Source: Capsulimonadales bacterium
GTDB lineage: Bacteria; Armatimonadota; Armatimonadia; Armatimonadales; Armatimonadaceae
Assembly (NCBI GenBank): GCA_033762295.1
Contig: JANRLW010000024.1
Location: 1-22,534, forward strand
Reading direction: 5' to 3'
Length of the DNA stretch: 22,534 bases
Under the pieces are notes generated by a model. That model ran no database searches and had not been told where the DNA came from. It worked only from the letters and a program-made list of their open reading frames with translations. Made by a program: the position numbers and the translations under genes. The number at the start of each line of letters is the position of its first letter. The first letter of the stretch is position 1. This document shows positions 16,155 through 22,534 of the stretch, in pieces.

Positions 16155-16882
16155 CCGTTTTCCGCGCTGCGGGCGATCGCCCGGACGGCCTCGTCAAACC
16201 GTCGATGCGAGGAGAAGCGGTGGACGGCCAGCGTATGGGGCGAGGTTTCCGCCGCGCCATAATCCTCCGTCAATCCCAGGAGATAGCCGGCCGCCGCCGC
16301 CGCCCGCGTCACGCGATCGTCCCACTTGCCGGACGGATACGTCACATACGGCACGGAGTGCCCCAGATTCCTGGCCAGAAGATCGCGGGATCGGACGAAC
16401 TCACGGGTCAGCGCTTCCGTTGATAGCCGACGAAGGTCGGCCGGATGGGTATGTGTCTGACTGACAATCGTCGCCCCGTCCTGTTCCAGGGAACGAAGTA
16501 TTTCATAAGAATTGTGTGGTTTTCCTGTCCTTATACCGATATATGCGGTATGGGCGGAAACGACGAACGGCCAGCGACGCTTCCGTAACGCCGGGGCCGC
16601 GATATCGAAGATGCCGCTCGTGTTATCGTCGAAGCAGAGCAGGCACGCGCCGGGCGGCGGCAGCGGCCGTCCCGTCCGCAGGTAGGAGGCAAGGTCCGGA
16701 AGGGAGATTGGGTGCGCCCCGGCCCGGGTCAGTCGGGCCAGCTGCGTCCGCCACTCGCCCAGCGTCGTATCGAACCATACCTGTCGGGTCGCGCGAACGA
16801 AGTCGTGCCAGACAATCGGGGTGACGGGGTGGCGCGTTCCGTAACGTCGGGCATCGGGATGTATGGGAGTTGGTTCGGCCAT
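16151..16882 (-). CDS. Polysaccharide deacetylase (NodB/CE4 family), divergent motifs
   Basis: IVWHD, LCFDDN, SQTHTHPADL, TYPSG. GAGGA RBS favours ATG 16882 over 16885. 4-nt convergent overlap with the Ppx gene. Confidence 0.85.
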   Translation of the reverse strand: MAEPTPIHPDARRYGTRHPVTPIVWHDFVRATRQVWFDTTLGEWRTQLARLTRAGAHPISLPDLASYLRTGRPLPPPGACLLCFDDNTSGIFDIAAPALRKRRWPFVVSAHTAYIGIRTGKPHNSYEILRSLEQDGATIVSQTHTHPADLRRLSTEALTREFVRSRDLLARNLGHSVPYVTYPSGKWDDRVTRAAAAAGYLLGLTEDYGAAETSPHTLAVHRFSSHRRFDEAVRAIARSAENG

Positions 16883-16997
16883 CATTTCCTCGTATTATTG
16901 ATAGATATTTTTCTACTGAAAAGTCCTCGACATTTCGGTGTCAAGGATAGAACATATTTTCCGGGTACGCAGTCCAATGTACCGGGAGGCATTATTT

Positions 16998-17261
16998 ATG
17001 TCTAATGAACGAAAGACTCGATCGGAGAAAGACGAGCCATCCGTTGCCATCCCGCAGGTCACACTTCATCTGACGCCGGACGAGGCGGACGCGATGTTGA
17101 GCATTCTGCTCCATGTCGCCAACCTGCCCGACGTTTCCGGTGAGATGACGGAGCGGTTGCTGTGTCGGGTCGCGGATCTTCAGCGTCAGTTAGCGCGTCC
17201 GGAGAAAGCTCCGGGACGGAAGCGAGCGGTGTCACGGGGAAGTTTCCCGGTACCGGTTTGA
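16998..17261 (+). CDS. Hypothetical protein (87 aa)
   Basis: GGAGG at 16985-16989, 8 nt before ATG; helical-looking core (LHLTPDEADAMLSILL...ERLLCRVADLQRQL); downstream terminator. Confidence 0.7.
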   Translation: MSNERKTRSEKDEPSVAIPQVTLHLTPDEADAMLSILLHVANLPDVSGEMTERLLCRVADLQRQLARPEKAPGRKRAVSRGSFPVPV

Positions 17262-17406
17262 CATTCGCGACGAACGGCGGCGTCGCCTCGGAAGGAGGCA
17301 ACGGATCGCGAGAGGGCCGCGGGCGATATCGGGTCGTCCGGGGTTGAAGCCTGAAGGCAGGCAGGGGACTTGAAAGCCATCATAACAGGTTATCCTTTCA
17401 TTAATT

Positions 17407-17434
17407 AAGGCCGGGAAACCGGCCTTTTGTTTTT
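17407..17434 (+). terminator. Intrinsic terminator
   Basis: AAGGCCGG-GAAA-CCGGCCTT followed by TTGTTTTT. Confidence 0.9.
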
Positions 17435-17461
17435 GCGCCCTTCGGAAACCGAATCGGCGGT

Positions 17462-17490
17462 TTGACAGTGGGGCGCGGGTACGGTACACT
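17462..17490 (+). promoter_or_regulatory. Sigma70 promoter of ffh
   Basis: TTGACA (17462-17467)-17 nt-TACACT (17485-17490). Confidence 0.85.
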
Positions 17491-17638
17491 TCGTGAAGCG
17501 GTTTTCGCCGCGCCGATTCGCCGCAGCATGCCCGGCCCTTCGGGGGGCGGGCATTGTCGTGTCTGAGGGGAAACACTCAGGCCACGGATTTTCGATCCGT
17601 CGGAAAGAGGTTGTCCGGCGGAAAGCGGGAGATAGGAT

Positions 17639-19093
17639 ATGTTTGAAGGTCTGGCGGAAAAACTTCAGGAAGCGTTTAAAAAACTGAGCCGAAACGCCCG
17701 GCTGACGGAGGCGGATGTCGATACCGCGCTCCGTGAGGTGCGTATCGCGCTTCTGGAAGCGGACGTCAACTTCAAAGTGGTCAAGGAGTTTGTGGCCCGG
17801 ATCAAGCAGCGGGCGGTCGGGGAGCAGATTCTGGAGGGACTGAACGCCGGACATCAGGTCGTTAAGTTCGTTCATGAGGAACTGGTCCGACTCCTGTCGG
17901 GCGACCCCGAAAATCCCGGAGCCGCCACGGCTCTGGTGATCGCGCCCAAACCGCCGACGGTCATCATGCTCTGCGGTCTGCAGGGAGCGGGCAAGACGAC
18001 GCTCGCCGGGAAGCTGGCCAACTGGTTCCGGAAGCAGGGCAAAACGGTGGTGATGGCGGCCTGCGATATCCAGCGTCCGGCGGCGATCAAGCAGCTGCAG
18101 GTGGTCGGAGAGCAGGTGAAGACGCCGGTCTACACGGTACCGGGCGCGGACCCGGTGCGAATCGCCCGTGAAGCGACCGAATGGGCGGTCGCGAACAAGG
18201 CCGATGTGGTTCTGCTCGATACCGCCGGTCGTTTGCATGTCGATGACGACCTGATGAACGAACTGCGGGCGGTCAAGGAGGCGACGCAGCCGCAGAACGT
18301 CCTGCTGGTGCTCGACGCGATGACCGGGCAGGATGCGGTCAATGTGGCGACCGAGTTCAACGAATCGATCGGTGTCGATGGGTTCGTGCTGACGAAAGTG
18401 GACGGCGATACGCGCGGCGGCGCGGCCATCTCGATCCGGGCGGTGGTCGGTAAGCCGATCAAGTTCCTCGGGGTCGGCGAGAAGATGGATGCGATCGAGG
18501 TGTTCCATCCGGACCGGCTCGCTCAGCGTATCCTTGGCATGGGCGACGTTCTCGGCCTGATCGAAAAAGCCGAAGCGGCGATCGACGAGAAAAAAGCCGC
18601 GGAAATGGAAAAGAAGCTGGCCGCGGGCAAGTTCGATTTCGAGGACTTCCTGGACCAGATGCAGCAGATGCGCCGTCTGGGGCCGCTGGAACAGCTGTTG
18701 AAGATGCTGCCGGGGGTCGGGACCCAGCTCAAGGATGTCGATTTCGCCGCCGGGGAGAAAGAGATGGCGCGGTTCGAGGCGATCGTTCGCTCGATGACCC
18801 CGAAGGAGCGGCGGCACCCGGAGATTATCAACGGGTCGCGCCGAAAGCGGATTGCGTCGGGAGCCGGGGTTTCGGTACAGCAGGTCAACCAGACGATCAC
18901 CAACTTCGAACAGATGCGCCAGTTGATGCGAGGACTGGCATCGGGGAACCTCCCCGGTATGCCCGCGCTCGGCGGAGGTTTCCGCCCGATGCAGCAGGGG
19001 ATCGCTAAGCGAAAGAGCAAGGACAAAAAAACGGGCGGCGGCAACAGCGGAGGGAATTCCAACCGCTTTCGTACCCCGTTCGGTCGTGGCTGA
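17639..19093 (+). CDS. ffh: Signal recognition particle protein
   Basis: ALLEADVN, GLQGAGKTT, DTAGR, DAMTGQDA, TKVDGDTRGGAA, M-domain SMTPKER..SRRKRIASGAG. Confidence 0.99.
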   Translation: MFEGLAEKLQEAFKKLSRNARLTEADVDTALREVRIALLEADVNFKVVKEFVARIKQRAVGEQILEGLNAGHQVVKFVHEELVRLLSGDPENPGAATALVIAPKPPTVIMLCGLQGAGKTTLAGKLANWFRKQGKTVVMAACDIQRPAAIKQLQVVGEQVKTPVYTVPGADPVRIAREATEWAVANKADVVLLDTAGRLHVDDDLMNELRAVKEATQPQNVLLVLDAMTGQDAVNVATEFNESIGVDGFVLTKVDGDTRGGAAISIRAVVGKPIKFLGVGEKMDAIEVFHPDRLAQRILGMGDVLGLIEKAEAAIDEKKAAEMEKKLAAGKFDFEDFLDQMQQMRRLGPLEQLLKMLPGVGTQLKDVDFAAGEKEMARFEAIVRSMTPKERRHPEIINGSRRKRIASGAGVSVQQVNQTITNFEQMRQLMRGLASGNLPGMPALGGGFRPMQQGIAKRKSKDKKTGGGNSGGNSNRFRTPFGRG

Positions 19094-19119
19094 TTATCTT
19101 TTCTGAGGGAAGCAATACT

Positions 19120-19509
19120 ATGTCGGTCAAAATTCGTCTGCGGCGTGATGGTCAGAAGAAGCGCCCGTTTTATCATCTGGTGGCGGCCGATGAGCGGCGC
19201 GCGCGCAACGGTCGTTTTATCGAGGAGCTCGGTTACTACAACCCGATCGTGTCCGCCGATGCGGAGCCGACGCTCGTTCTGAAAGAGGAGCGCATTCGGT
19301 ACTGGCTCGGTGTGGGCGCGCAGCCCTCCGAAACCGCCGCCGCTCTGCTGAAGAAGCAGGGCATTCTGCCGCGACGAACGCCGAAGGTGAAGGCGGTTGC
19401 CGAAGCGGCCCCCGTCGAAGCAACCCCTGCCGAAGCGACCCCTGCCGAAGCGACGGGTGAGGCGGCCGAGACCGCGGTCACGACCGAAGAGACGACGGCG
19501 GCCGAGTAA
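19120..19509 (+). CDS. rpsP: 30S ribosomal protein S16 with Ala/Glu/Thr/Pro tail
   Basis: VKIRLRR.G.KKRPFY, RNGRFIEELGYYNP, WLGVGAQPSET. Confidence 0.98.
   Translation: MSVKIRLRRDGQKKRPFYHLVAADERRARNGRFIEELGYYNPIVSADAEPTLVLKEERIRYWLGVGAQPSETAAALLKKQGILPRRTPKVKAVAEAAPVEATPAEATPAEATGEAAETAVTTEETTAAE
19402..19455 (+). repeat. 15-bp tandem repeat encoding EA(A/T)P(V/A) in the S16 tail
   Basis: GAAGCGGCCCCCGTC / GAAGCAACCCCTGCC / GAAGCGACCCCTGCC / GAAGCGACG. Confidence 0.8.
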
Positions 19510-19519
19510 AAGGGCGGAC

Positions 19520-19545
19520 GACGGCAGGCGGCTCTGCCTGCCGTC
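19520..19545 (+). terminator. Strong hairpin after rpsP (terminator or mRNA stabiliser)
   Basis: Perfect 10-bp stem GACGGCAGGC-ggctct-GCCTGCCGTC; weak U-tract. Confidence 0.6.
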
Positions 19546-19565
19546 TCATGTTCGATGACGGCCCC

Positions 19566-19594
19566 TTGCGATTTTTCCGAGAACCCTCTATATT
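19566..19594 (+). promoter_or_regulatory. Internal sigma70 promoter for khpA-rimM-trmD
   Basis: TTGCGA (19566-19571)-17 nt-TATATT (19589-19594). Confidence 0.7.
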
Positions 19595-19604
19595 TCTGTT
19601 AACA

Positions 19605-19670
19605 GGCGTCAGCAGCACCCTCTGACGCCGCTATCCGCAGCCAACAGGGTGCCTGCCCAGAGTCGGGCAG
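19605..19670 (+). promoter_or_regulatory. Candidate structured leader (H-type pseudoknot plus hairpin) upstream of khpA
   Basis: S1 19605-12/19622-29 (8 bp), S2 19615-21/19646-52 (7 bp), hairpin 19653-58/19665-70. Confidence 0.55.
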
Positions 19671-19689
19671 AGTGAGGAGTCGACAGACG

Positions 19690-19920
19690 TTGAAACAGCT
19701 AATCGAATATCTGGTCAAATCGCTGGTAGATGAACCGGACCAGGTAGATATCGTCGAAGTGCCGGGCGAAGAGGCCACAACTTACGAAGTTCGTGTCGCT
19801 CCGGATGATCTCGGGAAGGTGATTGGGAAGCAGGGACGGATTGCCAATGCGCTTCGTACGGTCGCCAAGGCGGCGGCCATGAAGGAGAAGCGCAAGGTGT
19901 ACGTCGAGATCGTCGCGTAG
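19690..19920 (+). CDS. khpA: KH domain RNA-binding protein KhpA (YlqC), 76 aa
   Basis: TTG at 19690 after GAGGAG. MKQLIEYLVKSLVDEP...DLGKVIGKQGRIANALRT. Lies between rpsP and rimM. Confidence 0.95.
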   Translation: MKQLIEYLVKSLVDEPDQVDIVEVPGEEATTYEVRVAPDDLGKVIGKQGRIANALRTVAKAAAMKEKRKVYVEIVA

Positions 19921-19960
19921 ACGGTTGGGCGGACAGGACGGAAGGACGGGAGCGTTTCGG

Positions 19961-20530
19961 ATGACGGTACGTCCGCACGGCGGCGACGAGAGCGGCGAAA
20001 CGAAGGTCGCAAGGCCGGAACCGGATATTCCTCCGGTGCTGGTCGGCGAGGTTGCCGCGCCGTTCGGAGTGCGGGGAGAAGTGAAGATCGTCCCGCGTCT
20101 GGACGATCCCGCCTACCTGAAGCGTCTGCCCGCCGTGCTGTTGCAGTGGGAGAACGGCGCGTCCGAGACACGCCGCGTTCTTTCCGTTCGTCGGCATCAG
20201 GAGGCTTTTCTTCTGACGTTTGACGGCATTCCGGATCGGAACGCGGCGGAGCGTCTGCGCGGCGCGCGTTTATTCGTCCGGCGTGAGCAGCTGCCTCCCC
20301 TGCAGGAGGACGCCTATTACGACTGGCAACTGGTCGGCCTGCGCGTCGTCACGGAGTCCGGCCGCGACCTGGGAACGATCGAAAAAGTGCATTTCTATCC
20401 GGCGAACGATGTCTATGAAACGCCGGTCGCGCTGATTCCGGCCATCGCCGAGGTGATTGTCGAGGTGTCGCCGGAGCGAAACGAACTGCGGGTACGGGAT
20501 GTTCCCGGCCTGCGAAAAGATGAGACGTGA
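19961..20530 (+). CDS. rimM: Ribosome maturation factor RimM
   Basis: VGEVAAPFGVRGEVK, DRNAAERLRG, YYDWQLVGL.V, ANDVY, LIP. ATG 19961 with GGGAG upstream. Confidence 0.95.
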   Translation: MTVRPHGGDESGETKVARPEPDIPPVLVGEVAAPFGVRGEVKIVPRLDDPAYLKRLPAVLLQWENGASETRRVLSVRRHQEAFLLTFDGIPDRNAAERLRGARLFVRREQLPPLQEDAYYDWQLVGLRVVTESGRDLGTIEKVHFYPANDVYETPVALIPAIAEVIVEVSPERNELRVRDVPGLRKDET

Positions 20531-21399
20531 CCGAGGAACCGTCCGGAGAAGCGGTCGGCGAAACGCCGGACGACACGAAACGAGGCGTGTTGCGTGCGGA
20601 TATCGTGACCCTGTTTCCGCAGATGGTGCGCGAAGCGGCGAGTCATTCGATTGTCGGCCGGGCGCAGGCGGCGCGGACGCTCGATCTGCGCGTCCATGAT
20701 CTGCGCGATTGGGCGGAAGGACGGTATCGGCAGGCGGATGATTATCCGTTCGGGGGCGGGGCCGGCATGGTGCTGATGCCCGCGCCCGTGTTCGCCTGTC
20801 TGGAGTCGGTACTGGCGGACGCGCCGGAGACGCCGATACTGCTGATGGCGCCGGACGGGGAACGGTTCGATCAACGAATGGCGCGGGAACTGGCGGAACT
20901 GCCCCGTTTCCTCCTGTTGTGCGGCCATTATGAGGGCGTCGATGAGCGAGTGCGCGAAGCGCTGGTCACCCGGACGGTCAGTATCGGCGATTACGTGCTC
21001 ACCGGCGGGGAACTGCCCGCTCTGGTGATTCTGGATGCCGTGACCCGACTGCTCCCCGGCGTGCTGGGAAACGCGGCATCGCCCGAGGAGGAGAGTTTCG
21101 GCGCGGCGGACCGGGGACTGCTGCTGGAGTATCCGCACTATACGCGCCCGGCGGAGTTTCGGGGACGGGGCGTGCCGGAGGTGCTGCTATCCGGGCACCA
21201 TGCGAAGATCGCCGCCTGGAGGCGGCAACAGGCTCTGGTGCGGACGCGTGAGCGACGCCCGGATCTGTGGGAACGGTTTTTACCGCTGTCGAAGGTCGAC
21301 CGGAAACTTCTGGAAGCCTACGATGCGGAACGAGGGAACGAGGCAAGTGCCGGGAAACCGGAAAACAAGCCGGAGGAATCGCCTCCGTCGGACGAATAG
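20527..21399 (+). CDS. trmD: tRNA (guanine37-N1)-methyltransferase
   Basis: [58 protein letters not shown] overlap with rimM; start may be ~20 codons later. Confidence 0.97.
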   Translation: MTEEPSGEAVGETPDDTKRGVLRADIVTLFPQMVREAASHSIVGRAQAARTLDLRVHDLRDWAEGRYRQADDYPFGGGAGMVLMPAPVFACLESVLADAPETPILLMAPDGERFDQRMARELAELPRFLLLCGHYEGVDERVREALVTRTVSIGDYVLTGGELPALVILDAVTRLLPGVLGNAASPEEESFGAADRGLLLEYPHYTRPAEFRGRGVPEVLLSGHHAKIAAWRRQQALVRTRERRPDLWERFLPLSKVDRKLLEAYDAERGNEASAGKPENKPEESPPSDE

Positions 21400-21535
21400 T
21401 TCGATCGTTCCTGCCGACGGAGGAGTCTCCGTCGAGGTGTCTGCCGCCGATGTCTCGGAGAATCCTCGATTCTCCCGGACCGCTCGGAGGTCTGCGCCAA
21501 CCTACTACAACCCTATCGAACAGGAGAATGGTCAG

Positions 21536-21943
21536 ATGGCCGTCAATGCAAATGTCATTCGTGACATAGAAATGGCGCAGAAACGAGCGGATGTACCGCA
21601 GTTCCGCGGCGGGGATACTCTCCGCATTCATGTTAAGGTAATCGAGGGCGGTAAGGAACGAATCCAGGTCTTCGAAGGCGTGGCCCTGACCCGCCGCGGC
21701 GAGGGTATCCGGGATACCGTCGTCGTGCGCAAGGTCAGCAACGGGGTCGGCGTGGAACGAACCTTCCTGGTGCACTCTCCGCGACTGGACAGGATCGAAG
21801 TTATGCGACGCGGACGAGTTCGCCGTGCGAAACTCTTCTACCTGCGGAACCTGAGCGGAAAGGCCGCGCGTATAAAAGAGGACAGGAGCGGACGGATGGC
21901 GGAGCCGAAGGGAGCCGGTAAGGCCAACACCCCGAACGCCTGA
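21536..21943 (+). CDS. rplS: 50S ribosomal protein L19
   Basis: ATG 21536 after [54 protein letters not shown]. Confidence 0.98.
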   Translation: MAVNANVIRDIEMAQKRADVPQFRGGDTLRIHVKVIEGGKERIQVFEGVALTRRGEGIRDTVVVRKVSNGVGVERTFLVHSPRLDRIEVMRRGRVRRAKLFYLRNLSGKAARIKEDRSGRMAEPKGAGKANTPNA

Positions 21944-21975
21944 TTGTCCGCATTTCGAAAGGGGAAACGGGGGGC

Positions 21976-22534
21976 GTGGAGCAGATAACGGAACAGATTG
22001 CCAGCGTTTCTCTCCGAACCGTTCTCTTCGTTTTAATCGCTTTGACGGCGACGCGGGCGGCGTTCGGCGCGACCCGCGTCCCTGCCCTCCGCGTCATCAG
22101 CGATCTGCTGGAGTCGCTGATTCCGGCGATTGCGCTGGTGTTTTTTCTGTTGCGCCCGTTCGTGGTGCAGTCGTTCTTCATCCCCTCCGGTTCCATGCAG
22201 CCCACATTGTGGGAAGGCGACCACATCCTCGTGAATAAGTGGGTCTACCGGATGCGTCCTCCCCTGCGCGGCGAAGTCATCGTCTTTCGAGCGCCGAAAG
22301 ACGCATCGTTCGAGGATAAGGATTTCATCAAGCGTGTGATCGGTCTTCCGGGTGATACCGTGGAAGTGCGAGAGGGGTACGTGGCCGTCGGCCACACGGT
22401 CTACACTCGCAAGGAGATCCGCGCCTGCCTGGGGGAGACGGTGAGTGTCGATGAACTGGTGCGGCCCGATAAAACCCCGCCTCTGCGCCTGATGACGGAT
22501 GCGCTCTGGCTGGGAGACCGTCGTGTGACACCGG
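21976..22534 (+). CDS. lepB: Signal peptidase I, 3'-truncated by the window edge
   Basis: Not in the ORF track. Translated by hand from GTG 21976: MEQITEQIAS...IPSGSMQPTL.EGDHILVNK...RGEVIVF...FIKRVIGLPGD (Ser/Lys dyad). Confidence 0.95.
   Translation, partial: MEQITEQIASVSLRTVLFVLIALTATRAAFGATRVPALRVISDLLESLIPAIALVFFLLRPFVVQSFFIPSGSMQPTLWEGDHILVNKWVYRMRPPLRGEVIVFRAPKDASFEDKDFIKRVIGLPGDTVEVREGYVAVGHTVYTRKEIRACLGETVSVDELVRPDKTPPLRLMTDALWLGDRRVTP

Noticed and set aside
17281..17305. SRP RNA (ffs) gene call
   Set aside because: Lacks the conserved CAGG/AGCA internal loop and the long SRP helix. Kept only as a low-confidence finding.
17405..18817. Long antisense or off-frame ORFs (also 3890-4930, 7747-9012, 10021-11046, 11146-12390, 14745-16058)
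   Set aside because: They overlap well-supported genes, have no recognisable motifs, and are expected from codon bias in GC-rich DNA.
21200..21535. N-terminal extension of rplS (247-aa ORF)
   Set aside because: Overlaps trmD. L19 similarity and the AGGAG RBS point to ATG 21536.
1..22534. CRISPR arrays, tRNA/rRNA, IS elements, prophage or defence genes
   Set aside because: No spaced repeats, cloverleafs, transposase or integrase motifs, or obvious compositional islands were seen.

Overview
GC-rich bacterial chromosomal window. It is probably Armatimonadota; this is inferred from the DUF1559/H-X9-DG pilin-like gene, the VPEPGEYAAMG-type PEP-CTERM tail and the Terrabacteria-style ffh-rpsP-khpA-rimM-trmD-rplS-lepB order. 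Left to right: 3' part of a SurA/PrsA-like foldase; a minus-strand PEP-CTERM protein / exosortase / EpsI cassette; apt and Nif3; a minus-strand nadD-rsfS-(zinc ribbon/TPR/membrane protein) operon whose RsfS carries a ~230-aa hyper-acidic tail; an AraR-type regulator divergent from a DUF1559 pilin-like gene, Tat metallophosphoesterase and PQQ-like beta-propeller; a small membrane protein with a fold-back leader; a protoglobin-family globin divergent from a PEP-CTERM-tagged PQQ sugar dehydrogenase, with a perfect TGTGA-N6-TCACA box between them; a short Ppx/GppA; a polysaccharide deacetylase; an 87-aa hypothetical; and the ffh-to-lepB cluster. No CRISPR, rRNA, tRNA or mobile element was seen. 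The most notable unexplained signals are the RsfS acidic extension and several structured RNA leaders, including an H-type pseudoknot upstream of khpA. All RNA pairings were read by eye, not computed.
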